Source of the DNA: Prevotella sp.
GTDB taxonomy: Bacteria; Bacteroidota; Bacteroidia; Bacteroidales; Dysgonomonadaceae
Direction: 5' to 3'
NCBI GenBank assembly: GCA_031285625.1
Contig: JAITVV010000058.1
Span: 1-58,709, forward strand
Length of the DNA: 58,709 bases
A model generated the notes under the pieces. The model made no database searches. It saw nothing but the letters and a program-made list of their open reading frames with translations, and had not been told where the DNA came from. Within the stretch, counting starts at the first letter, position 1. The number at the start of each line of letters is the position of its first letter. The translations under genes and the position numbers were made by a program. Of this stretch, positions 31,466 through 40,485 are shown in pieces.

Positions 31466-32602
31466 TTACTTATCTTTTGTAGTTCCAGCTAATTCGTCCA
31501 TTTTTTTAGATAGGGCGAAAATAGGAAAATCTCTTTCAAGAATGACTCCGGTAGGAGAGATTAATACATGATATGGAATTTCACGAATATAGTATGTATC
31601 AAATGTCTTTGCAGACCATCCCCCATTGACTGGTATCACTGTCCACTTTACAGAATCTGTAATGTTTTTTGAAATAGGAACATCTTCAATATCCTTTACT
31701 ATAGTTATAAATTCTATATTTTTCTTCTGTTTTTTTAATTCGTTGTAGACAACAACAGCATCTTTTTTCTCATATCTACACACTTCACATGTTGTGGAAG
31801 CAAAAGATAACAAGACATACTTACCTCTAAGGTCTGTTAATTGCACATCCTTTCCTTTCAGATCTTTTAGTTTGAAGTTAGGAGCTACGGCACCTACTGA
31901 TGATAATTTCACTTTGTCTCTGAAACGCTTCAAATTATCTGTAAGGGGAAAATCAGCAGCTTTTCCTCTCAGTAAAGCCAGATTTTCATCCAGCCGGGGT
32001 ATTGATGTTTCGTCTTTAAAGAATGTATTTATCAGCATTACACTGGCTATTTTGTCCGGATTCGACTTGACATAATTCGCCGCTATATTTGATAATTCAA
32101 AATTGATGTTTTTTAGTTCTACTACATAGTCTTTCACTTTCAGGGTATCATTGTCCGGACTCTTTTTTTCAGCGGCATTTAATATATCGGCACGCGTCTT
32201 TAATAAGTCTTTATTTTTGGTTTTGAATGCTGTTATATCATCATTTACGCTCCCACCCTTTATGTTGATCAGATCGGGATATAAAGCATCTCCTTCGAGT
32301 TCTACATTCCATCCTTTATCCATCAGCAGGTAAGTACTTTTTGTGTTCTGATTGAAATACAACGAGACTTCGGTAAGTGTGTCAACCGCTCCTTTAAAAG
32401 AGAATTCTCCCTTTGCGCTTATCGGTATTGTATCAATAAGGACAGAATCACCCGATTCATGTGACATGAGAAAATAGTTCCCTGTTACATTTTCAAGTTT
32501 ACCTGAAATTTCATACATAGTGGACTTCTTATTACAAGATACCAATATTATTACAAAAAGGATTATCAGTCCTGTGAAGCGCGATATGTTAGATTTAGAC
32601 AT
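31466..32602 (-). CDS. TlpA-like thioredoxin-domain lipoprotein (DUF4369 N-domain)
   Basis: Lipobox LVSC; GAVAPNFKL, LTDLRGKYVLLSF, CEVC. Confidence 0.85.
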   Translation of the reverse strand: MSKSNISRFTGLIILFVIILVSCNKKSTMYEISGKLENVTGNYFLMSHESGDSVLIDTIPISAKGEFSFKGAVDTLTEVSLYFNQNTKSTYLLMDKGWNVELEGDALYPDLINIKGGSVNDDITAFKTKNKDLLKTRADILNAAEKKSPDNDTLKVKDYVVELKNINFELSNIAANYVKSNPDKIASVMLINTFFKDETSIPRLDENLALLRGKAADFPLTDNLKRFRDKVKLSSVGAVAPNFKLKDLKGKDVQLTDLRGKYVLLSFASTTCEVCRYEKKDAVVVYNELKKQKKNIEFITIVKDIEDVPISKNITDSVKWTVIPVNGGWSAKTFDTYYIREIPYHVLISPTGVILERDFPIFALSKKMDELAGTTKDK

Positions 32603-32824
32603 TTTACCTGAATTTGAATATTTTTATACTGTTTCTCTTTTATACTCCAACGTACAAATATAGGCATTTATTGCTTAAACGTTTAAAAAAATAAAATTGT
32701 TCTAAAAAAATATAATTTATTTAAGTTTTCATCCTTATTCCCTGCCTCCAATATGATTCATTAAATGCTGGTAAGAATAAAACTTGGAAATTCACTATCT
32801 TTGCTCTCCAAAATGAAGATTTAT

Positions 32825-34984
32825 ATGAAATTAATTAATTTTTTCTTTTTAGCTGTAAGCATATTACTTCCTATGAAATCATACAGTCAAGACATTCCTC
32901 TTACATTAGAAGACCTGATTCCGGGAGGTAAAACATACAACAAGTATCGTGCCGAAATGCCCCGCCAGATGCAATGGTACGGAGATAAACTTACTTATGT
33001 TAAAGGTGATTCTATATTAATTGCTCCTAATACAGACAAAGAGAAAGTACAAACGCTGCTTACTTTACAGGATTTTAACACCGAGGTTGGGTTAAATGAT
33101 ATGCAACAACCCAGAAGTTTGAATTATGTACAATTTCTTTCGCCTTCATCAAATGAGATAATGATTTTTTCTCCCGAGAAAATTTATTTATACAATTTTG
33201 TCACAAAAAAGATGACAGGTTCATTCAATTCATATGAAAAAATGGCAAGTCACGACTTTTCAGACAAAAGTAATAACCTCGCTTATACAATAGATAATAA
33301 CCTGTATATACAAACCCCTGGAGGAAAAGAGTATGCTGTTACAAATGACAGTGATAAGGGGATAGTAAACGGTCAATCGGTGCATCACAATGAATTCGGC
33401 ATCAACAAAGGTACATTCTGGTCGCCACAGGGAAATCTGCTGGCATTCTATCGTATGGATGAAACAATGGTCACTGACTATCCTTTGGTCGATATATCGG
33501 CACGTATCGCCAAGCTGAAAGATATAAAATATCCGATGGCCGGGATGAAGAGCCATCATGTCACTGTGGGAGTTTTTAATCCTGCAACAGAACAAACCGT
33601 TTTCCTGAAAACAGGTACGCCAAAAGAAAAGTATCTGACAAATATAGCATGGAGCCCGGATGAAAAAAGTATATATATCGCAGAAGTGAACAGAGGGCAG
33701 GATACTTGCATTATGAAAAGCTACGATGTGGCAACAGGCAGATTGCTTAATACTTTATTTACCGAAGTAAACTCTAAATACGTAGAGCCAGAAAACCCTG
33801 TTTTATTTTTGAAGAACGATCCGGGTAAATTCTTATGGCAAAGTGAAAGGGATGGTTATAATCATTTATATCTGTATGACACGACCGGAAAATTACTGAA
33901 ACAAATAACCAGTGGGTATTGGGATGTGACTTCCGTTATTGGCTTTGATGAAAAAGGAGAAAATTTATTCTATATCTCTACGGAAGGAAGTCCGATAGAA
34001 AGACATATCTATAGAATAAACCTGAAAAACGGAAAAAAAGAAAAGTTGTCGAAAGAATCAGGAGTTCATTATGCGACGTTAAGTGCCTCGGGTAAATATA
34101 TCTGCGATAGGTATACTTCTCAGAATAATGCCGGAGAAGTAGCTGTTACGGATATAAAGTCAAATAACACCCATGTTTTCTATACTGCAAAGAACCCATA
34201 TAGGAACGTTCAGTTACCGGAAATCATATTGGGAACTTTAAAGGCAAATGATGGTATTACTGACCTGTACTATCGCATAGTGAAACCGTTGAACTTCGAT
34301 CCTAATAAGAAGTATCCGGTCGTGGTGTATGTATATGGCGGCCCGCATTCCCAGATGGTAGATAACTCGTGGATGGGACAGGCCAGAGGCTGGGATATAT
34401 ACATGGCTGAAAAAGGGTATATCGTGTTTACGCTTGACAACCGAGGAACCAGTAACCGAGGGATTGAATTTGAGAATATTACACACCGCAGACTTGGAGT
34501 TATCGAAACTCAAGACCAAATGACGGGGGTAGACTACCTAAAATCCCTTCCTTATGTTGATTCAGAAAGAATTGGTGTTCATGGGTGGAGTTATGGCGGA
34601 TTTATGACATTAAACCTAATGCTTCGCCATCCAGAGACATTCAAGGTGGGTGTAGCTGGAGGTCCCGTTACAGACTGGAAATATTATGAGGTGATGTATG
34701 GCGAACGCTATATGGACAAACCTCAAGAAAATCCCGATGGATATAAAGAATCGAGTATGGTAGACCGTGCGGGTGACCTTAAAGGCCGACTGTTGCTGAT
34801 TCATGGAGATGAAGACCCTACAGTGGTAATGCAGCAAAGTTTACAATTCATAAATTCTGCAATTAAAAAAGGAACACATCCTGACTTCTTTGTATATCCG
34901 GGACATGGTCATAATATGATAGGCCGTGACAGAATCCATCTGCATGAGCATATCACACGTTATTTCGATGATTTCTTGAAATAA
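32825..34984 (+). CDS. S9B dipeptidyl/prolyl tripeptidyl peptidase
   Basis: GWSYGG, HGDEDPTV, YPGHGH catalytic triad; start could also be 32813. Confidence 0.93.
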   Translation: MKLINFFFLAVSILLPMKSYSQDIPLTLEDLIPGGKTYNKYRAEMPRQMQWYGDKLTYVKGDSILIAPNTDKEKVQTLLTLQDFNTEVGLNDMQQPRSLNYVQFLSPSSNEIMIFSPEKIYLYNFVTKKMTGSFNSYEKMASHDFSDKSNNLAYTIDNNLYIQTPGGKEYAVTNDSDKGIVNGQSVHHNEFGINKGTFWSPQGNLLAFYRMDETMVTDYPLVDISARIAKLKDIKYPMAGMKSHHVTVGVFNPATEQTVFLKTGTPKEKYLTNIAWSPDEKSIYIAEVNRGQDTCIMKSYDVATGRLLNTLFTEVNSKYVEPENPVLFLKNDPGKFLWQSERDGYNHLYLYDTTGKLLKQITSGYWDVTSVIGFDEKGENLFYISTEGSPIERHIYRINLKNGKKEKLSKESGVHYATLSASGKYICDRYTSQNNAGEVAVTDIKSNNTHVFYTAKNPYRNVQLPEIILGTLKANDGITDLYYRIVKPLNFDPNKKYPVVVYVYGGPHSQMVDNSWMGQARGWDIYMAEKGYIVFTLDNRGTSNRGIEFENITHRRLGVIETQDQMTGVDYLKSLPYVDSERIGVHGWSYGGFMTLNLMLRHPETFKVGVAGGPVTDWKYYEVMYGERYMDKPQENPDGYKESSMVDRAGDLKGRLLLIHGDEDPTVVMQQSLQFINSAIKKGTHPDFFVYPGHGHNMIGRDRIHLHEHITRYFDDFLK

Positions 34985-35001
34985 ACAATAAAGAGAATGT
35001 T

Positions 35002-35547
35002 ATGAAAAGAAATAGACCAACATGGGATGAAGTTGTTTTAATGTTTGAAAATGATAAAACAGCCCAAGAAGTGTTTATTGAAAAACACCAATCGGAACTA
35101 AAAGAACTTCTGACCGATTTGAAAGAAGATGGTGAGGATATTTATTCTTACTTTGATACTGCTTTCTCTTGGGTCTATGGAATAATTGTAGACTGGAGGG
35201 AATACGAAGAAGATCTCGTTAGTTATTTCAATGAAGCATTGGGTGATAATGATTCTCTTTCTGCTACATATGACGAAGAAAGTAACAGTGAGATTATTAT
35301 TTATAACGAAGAGAAACATATTGTCCCATTAACGGAATCACAGGCTGACAGGTATATTGTGATACGTGCCTTACGTGATATACTGAAAGTAAAGTATGTT
35401 TTTAAACTGTTTACTTTCTCTTATATGTCGGATACACACGGTTTTTTACTATTACCATCTTCATGGTGGGAAGAAGCTGAAGGTCAATATCCGGAAAAAG
35501 TTAAGGAGCTATTTATGGATATTACCGAAACATTGGATTTTCCATGA
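35002..35547 (+). CDS. Acidic hypothetical protein (DUF6630-like)
   Basis: VDWRE and SDT motifs; very acidic. Confidence 0.6.
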   Translation: MKRNRPTWDEVVLMFENDKTAQEVFIEKHQSELKELLTDLKEDGEDIYSYFDTAFSWVYGIIVDWREYEEDLVSYFNEALGDNDSLSATYDEESNSEIIIYNEEKHIVPLTESQADRYIVIRALRDILKVKYVFKLFTFSYMSDTHGFLLLPSSWWEEAEGQYPEKVKELFMDITETLDFP

Positions 35548-35598
35548 TTTTTTAGCGGAATTATCTAATATTATATAGCGTATTCATTGATACTATAC

Positions 35599-35650
35599 AA
35601 AAAGGTAACAAACAAAAACAACGCAAAATGTGTTACCTTTGTTACTTTTT
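35599..35650 (+). repeat. Dispersed TGTYAC element, copy C, overlapping the probable queD promoter
   Basis: AAAAAGGTAACA-20nt-TGTTACCTTTGTTACTTTTT; contains TACCTTTG; ends 20 nt before the queD ATG. Confidence 0.85.
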
Positions 35651-35670
35651 AGATTAGATTATAAATATAT

Positions 35671-36033
35671 ATGTACAAAATAAGTAAACAATTCGCTTTC
35701 TCGGCATCACATATACTTGGGGGCTTACCTCAGGAGCATCCTTGCTCCCGGCTGCATGGGCACAATTATGTAGTTACTGTACATCTGCGTGCGTCCCAAT
35801 TGAATGAGACAGGATTTGTAAAAGATTACAGAGAGCTTGATAATGTGAAGAAGTATATAGACGAAACACTTGATCACAGACACTTGAATGATGTTTTGCC
35901 CTTTAATCCTACAGCTGAGAATATGGCTAAATATCTGTACGATACATTTAAGGCTGATATTCCTGAGCTATATGCCGTAGAAGTTTCCGAGACGCCTAAA
36001 ACAACTGCAATATATGAAGCTGATAGTAAATGA
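35671..36033 (+). CDS. queD: 6-carboxy-5,6,7,8-tetrahydropterin synthase
   Basis: FSASH, CSRLHGHNY, LDHRHLN, PTAEN, ETP. Confidence 0.93.
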   Translation: MYKISKQFAFSASHILGGLPQEHPCSRLHGHNYVVTVHLRASQLNETGFVKDYRELDNVKKYIDETLDHRHLNDVLPFNPTAENMAKYLYDTFKADIPELYAVEVSETPKTTAIYEADSK

Positions 36034-36595
36034 GATCTTCTACTCCCTACAGGGAGAAGGGGGGCGCAGTGGAGAAGCTTCTGTTTTTATCCGGTTGACA
36101 AAGTGTAATCTTGCCTGCAGTTTCTGTGATACTGATTTTGCAAACGGGGAAGAAATGACTATAGATGAAATCCTCAACGAAATAAGCAAATACCCTTCAA
36201 AATGGATTATCTGGACAGGCGGAGAGCCAACAATCCAGCTAAAAGACGAGTATCTAGCTGTCTTTCGTGAGCATGGGTACAAGCAGGCAATAGAAACAAA
36301 TGGAACACGAAGAGTACCTTCCCTAATTGACTATATAACATGTAGTCCAAAGCAAGATTTTGAAACAATAAAGGGACGAATTCCGGAAGTGAATGAGATA
36401 AGGATGCCAATAAAGGCAGGTGACCCCATTCCTGATATTTCCGTTTTCCCCCAAGCAGATAACTATTTCTTAAGCCCTATTTTTGATGGGGACAAAATTA
36501 ATTTGCAGAATGTAGATTATTGTGTTGAACTGATAAAGCAACATCCTCAGTGGAAACTGAGCCTGCAAATTCACAAACTGATACACATTGAATAA
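36014..36595 (+). CDS. queE: 7-carboxy-7-deazaguanine synthase (radical SAM)
   Basis: EIFYSLQGEG, CNLACSFCDT, TGGEP, IETNGT, LSLQIHK. Confidence 0.95.
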   Translation: MKLIVNEIFYSLQGEGGRSGEASVFIRLTKCNLACSFCDTDFANGEEMTIDEILNEISKYPSKWIIWTGGEPTIQLKDEYLAVFREHGYKQAIETNGTRRVPSLIDYITCSPKQDFETIKGRIPEVNEIRMPIKAGDPIPDISVFPQADNYFLSPIFDGDKINLQNVDYCVELIKQHPQWKLSLQIHKLIHIE

Positions 36596-37509
36596 TGGAA
36601 CGATTTGAACTCGATATATTAGGGTGTGGCTCAGCTACACCTACCACTTTGCACAATCCATCATCACAGGTGCTAAATGTACGTGATAAACTTTTTATGA
36701 TAGACTGCGGTGAGGGAACCCAACTGCAATTCAGACGCAGTAAACTGCGTTTTGGCAGGCTCAACCATATTTTTATTTCACATCTGCATGGAGATCACTG
36801 TTTTGGATTGATCGGTCTCATCTCTACATTGGGATTACTGGGGAGAACAGGAGATCTGTCCATATACTCTGTAGCAGGATTGGAAGATGTGTTACGTCCC
36901 GAGATCGATTTCTTCTGTAAAGATGCTCCGTTTAAGGTAAAGATTGAGACTTTTGATCCGGCCAAAAATGACATAATTTACGATGACCGTTCGGTCAGTG
37001 TTTCCACAATACCTCTCAAGCACCGTGTACCTTGTGCAGGTTTCCTTTTTAAGGAGAAACAGAAAGAAGCTCACCTGATCCCTGACATGATAAAGTTTTA
37101 TAATATTCCGGTAAAAGAATTATCCAGAATAAAACAGGGTGCCGATTTTATTACCGAAGACGGAACTGTTGTTCCTCATGAAAGGTTAACCAAACCTGCC
37201 GAAGCTGCAAGATCGTATGCATATTGTTCAGATACAGCATATAGTGAAAAGATCATTCCTATTATTGAGGGGGTAGATTTGCTATATCATGAAGCTACAT
37301 TTGCAGATTCAGACTCATATAGGGCTAGAGAAACAGGACATTCCACAGCGCGTCAGGCGGCACAGATTGCAAAGCTCTCCAATGCTAAGAAGTTAATGCT
37401 GGGACATTTTTCTGCCAGATACCCGGATAATAATGAATTGTTGAGAGAAGCCCTGGAAGTTTTTCCGTCTACAATTCTTGCTAACGAAGGACTTCGTGAA
37501 AAATTGTAA
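36595..37509 (+). CDS. rnz: Ribonuclease Z
   Basis: LGCGSATP, DCGEGTQ, SHLHGDH, CSDT, HEATF, HST, GHFSARY. Confidence 0.95.
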   Translation: MERFELDILGCGSATPTTLHNPSSQVLNVRDKLFMIDCGEGTQLQFRRSKLRFGRLNHIFISHLHGDHCFGLIGLISTLGLLGRTGDLSIYSVAGLEDVLRPEIDFFCKDAPFKVKIETFDPAKNDIIYDDRSVSVSTIPLKHRVPCAGFLFKEKQKEAHLIPDMIKFYNIPVKELSRIKQGADFITEDGTVVPHERLTKPAEAARSYAYCSDTAYSEKIIPIIEGVDLLYHEATFADSDSYRARETGHSTARQAAQIAKLSNAKKLMLGHFSARYPDNNELLREALEVFPSTILANEGLREKL

Positions 37510-37578
37510 AATACCATATTTTTTTTCAAATTTTATTATTTTATAATCTTTTAATGCCTATATTTGTGACGATTAGGA

Positions 37579-37923
37579 ATGTGGATAATGGTAAAAAATA
37601 AGAAGATATTATTCATTTTATTGTTTATGGGACTCTCTTTATCAGCTAGTTCTGGTAATTTGGACTTTCCATCAAACAGTTTTCCTATTGCCGACCAGCA
37701 GCAAGACAAATCAATGACATTGGAAGTAATGATAAATAATACAACTAAGATCATTATGGAGAATGTTCCATTAACAGGTTATCTGGAGGTATACAGTATC
37801 TTGGGCGTGAGGGTTACAAATGTTAACTTGAAAACATGTATGGGCGGATGTTCCATCGATTTACCCAAAGGTATATATATACTTAAGGCAGGTAAGGTTG
37901 CTCAGAAAATAATTGTACGATAA
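37579..37923 (+). CDS. Small exported protein resembling a T9SS C-terminal sorting domain
   Basis: Signal peptide; VYSILG...LPKGIYIL...KIIVR. Confidence 0.65.
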   Translation: MWIMVKNKKILFILLFMGLSLSASSGNLDFPSNSFPIADQQQDKSMTLEVMINNTTKIIMENVPLTGYLEVYSILGVRVTNVNLKTCMGGCSIDLPKGIYILKAGKVAQKIIVR

Positions 37924-37944
37924 AAACATAATTTATATAATATT

Positions 37945-37977
37945 AAAGCAATAAGATTCTCTCTTATTGCTTTTTTT
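37945..37977. terminator. Bidirectional intrinsic terminator
   Basis: AAAGCAATAAGA-TTCTC-TCTTATTGCTTT followed by a T-run, between convergent genes. Confidence 0.85.
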
Positions 37978-38653
37978 ATTCGAAAGAAATATAGGGTGTC
38001 AGCCTCCTTATGTCATTATCAGTAAATTCATCCAGAAGTGACAACCTGTTCATAGACTCTATATTTCCTTTTCTATCTCTGATATCTTCAATTATCTTCG
38101 CTTGCTTATAACTGATATAAGGATGCTTATTGAGCTCTTCGAAGGTTGCTGAATTCACTCTGATCTTCTTCGTTTTAGGTACTATTGTCAGATAAGGGAG
38201 AATCTTATCATACAAATAGTCATCCATCCCCCACACTTCTTTTATCTGATCGAGATTGGAATAGCCGCCAAGCAAATTATTGTATTTGACAATCCGGTTA
38301 GCAAAACCGCTTCCTATTCCCGGTATTTTCTTTAGTTCGGTAGTGTCAGAACTGTTTAGCTCTATTGTTTCTCCTTCCTTTAGTTTTTCCTGAGGTGTGT
38401 ATCTCGGATAGTTATAGTTATTTGTTTCGTCTTTATATATTCTACCCTCGTATGGGGTAGTTTCCAGCGTGTCTTTTTCTTTTAGATTTATTAGGAATGT
38501 TTCGAACTCCTTATCTACAGGTATGTCTTGTCGCTGATTTTTATCAGGTGAAGTAAGAATATATACTCCTCCGGCAATGACTATAAGTATAAGCAATAAG
38601 ATGATAGCAATCCTATCACCCCTTTGTATATACAGATAGTCTTTCCAGTTCAT
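37976..38653 (-). CDS. ComEA-like helix-hairpin-helix protein
   Basis: N-terminal TM; IELNSSDTTELKKIPGIG and VNSATFEEL HhH repeats. Confidence 0.88.
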   Translation of the reverse strand: MNWKDYLYIQRGDRIAIILLLILIVIAGGVYILTSPDKNQRQDIPVDKEFETFLINLKEKDTLETTPYEGRIYKDETNNYNYPRYTPQEKLKEGETIELNSSDTTELKKIPGIGSGFANRIVKYNNLLGGYSNLDQIKEVWGMDDYLYDKILPYLTIVPKTKKIRVNSATFEELNKHPYISYKQAKIIEDIRDRKGNIESMNRLSLLDEFTDNDIRRLTPYISFE

Positions 38654-38659
38654 GTATTC

Positions 38660-39256
38660 TTAATTGCTAAGACTGGCGATCAGTGCATTGATGTTTGAGG
38701 TAAACAGCTTTACGGATATAGCCATTACGATAACCCCAAAGAACTTACGCAGAACATATACGCCTCCGATACCCAATAGTTTCTCTACTACATTCAGGTA
38801 TTTGAGTACAAGGAATACAATTATCATATTGAGGAATAAGGCTATGATGATATTAGACACATCATATTCGGCACGCATGGATAACAACACGGTGAAAGTC
38901 CCTGGACCTGCAATCAGCGGAAATACAATAGGAACAAGAGTTTTCGATCCTCCGGGAGCATCGTTCTTAAATATTTCGACACCGAATATCATTTCTATGG
39001 ATATAATGAAGATAACCAATGCTCCTGCTACAGCAAATGATGATACATCCACATTAAACATGTTCAGCACCCATTTACCAACAAAGAGGAAAGCTGTCAT
39101 TATGATAAACGAATAGATTGCAGCCTGCATAGGATTCACATCTCTACCCTCTCCTTTGAAACCAAGAAAAATAGGGATTGATCCGGAAACGTCTATCAAA
39201 ACAAAAAGGACAACAAATGCACTGAGTATTTGTGTCAAACTGATGTCTAATCCCAT
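38660..39256 (-). CDS. MarC family membrane protein
   Basis: LFVLID..GSIPIF, VPIVFPLIAGPG, LRKFFG. Confidence 0.9.
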   Translation of the reverse strand: MGLDISLTQILSAFVVLFVLIDVSGSIPIFLGFKGEGRDVNPMQAAIYSFIIMTAFLFVGKWVLNMFNVDVSSFAVAGALVIFIISIEMIFGVEIFKNDAPGGSKTLVPIVFPLIAGPGTFTVLLSMRAEYDVSNIIIALFLNMIIVFLVLKYLNVVEKLLGIGGVYVLRKFFGVIVMAISVKLFTSNINALIASLSN

Positions 39257-39306
39257 AATATTTACTTTTTTTAAGAATTACAAAGGTAAGTAATTTTACT
39301 TATGAA

Positions 39307-39330
39307 AAAAGTTGATTTATAACATAAAAA
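39307..39330 (+). repeat. 24-bp direct repeat, left copy
   Basis: AAAAGTTGATTTATAACATAAAAA, identical to 40431-40454. Confidence 0.95.
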
Positions 39331-39342
39331 AGGGTTTTAACA

Positions 39343-40236
39343 TCATCTTAGCAGATTGATATTTTCAAATTTTGTTTTAAGATTACCGGGTGTGAGTTTC
39401 AAAAGCTTTTCGTCCACAATAAACAGATAATTACATAGGAAGACAATATTATCGAATGTAATTTCCATATCCATGTCGTTAGCTATTATATGTGTTATTA
39501 TGCTATTGCGATCTATCTCATACAGCTGTTTGCTTACATCATTATTTTCATCCAATATCTTTATTATATCAGGGGATAGTCCACCAATCTCAAATCTTAA
39601 GCGGAACTTGTTGCGAAGCATGCCTGTCCAGTTTTTATTCTTATAATGTTGCTGCGCTATATCTTCAAATAGCATAAACAAAGTTCGGTCGCTCGTTTCC
39701 AGTGTAGCGTGTATACCATTTAATAGCCGCGATTCCTCATCGAGTGTACTCCATTCATTTTTACATTTGTACCGTAGTGTATGATCTATCTCATGCCATC
39801 CCTCCGATAATGTGGTCCTTATTTGTATTTCAAATGTGGAATCTATATATTGGAAACTACTGCTATACTCATCTTTCCATGCATTGAATTCTGCCAGATA
39901 ATCACCTTGCATACGACATACCAGATTAATTCGCACAGGATTAAACTGGTTTTGCTCAGGGTAATCGTGTTCCATACTTATTACATCAAAAATAGTGGTG
40001 AAATAATCGATCAGTACATCGATATCCTCACTAAAATAGGTCATTACACGTACTCCAATAATATCCTGAATCAGCTTTCCGTTTGTTTTATAACCTTTTC
40101 GTTCTATCTTTTCTTCTATAGATTCTTTCTCTTTGATTCTTGAATAAATACGGTATAGAAGCCCTGTGCGACCTAATTTATTTTCAATATACTCTTTTAT
40201 ATTATGCTCTATCAGAATCAATCCATTGTATATCAT
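39343..40236 (-). CDS. RelA/SpoT-domain protein (small alarmone synthetase-like)
   Basis: SRIKxxxSIxEK, QDIIGVRV, FEIQIRT, WHEIDHTLRYK; no hydrolase domain. Confidence 0.88.
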   Translation of the reverse strand: MIYNGLILIEHNIKEYIENKLGRTGLLYRIYSRIKEKESIEEKIERKGYKTNGKLIQDIIGVRVMTYFSEDIDVLIDYFTTIFDVISMEHDYPEQNQFNPVRINLVCRMQGDYLAEFNAWKDEYSSSFQYIDSTFEIQIRTTLSEGWHEIDHTLRYKCKNEWSTLDEESRLLNGIHATLETSDRTLFMLFEDIAQQHYKNKNWTGMLRNKFRLRFEIGGLSPDIIKILDENNDVSKQLYEIDRNSIITHIIANDMDMEITFDNIVFLCNYLFIVDEKLLKLTPGNLKTKFENINLLR

Positions 40237-40430
40237 ACCAGTTTTAATATTAGTTTTCTTGAATTTTTAGATTATAAAACATCAAATTAACGGAGAGGGA
40301 GTCGTCGGTATTTTGAATCAGAATCATATTTTATGATTTGATAATGAATTGCATCATCGGCTAACAAAAATTATTAGAAATCACACATAATTGCTAACGA
40401 CAATTAAAATACGGCAATCCAGTTTCATAT

Positions 40431-40454
40431 AAAAGTTGATTTATAACATAAAAA
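40431..40454 (+). repeat. 24-bp direct repeat, right copy
   Basis: AAAAGTTGATTTATAACATAAAAA, identical to 39307-39330. Confidence 0.95.
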
Positions 40455-40485
40455 TCTTTCGTATGTTTGTAAAAATAATAATCAG

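Noticed and set aside
35671-36595. 7-deazaguanine DNA-modification (dpd) defence island
   Set aside because: queD-queE are coupled to rnz with no dpdA/tgt paralogue or helicase genes; ordinary queuosine synthesis fits better.
39307-39330. 24-bp repeat as a dif/pdif XerCD site
   Set aside because: The minus strand has a XerD-like TTATGTTA, but there is no XerC-like arm 6 bp away in either copy and the flanks differ.
40237-40430. Antitoxin ORF upstream of the RelA/SpoT-domain gene
   Set aside because: Only 8-25 aa ORFs with no recognisable features were found on the coding strand.
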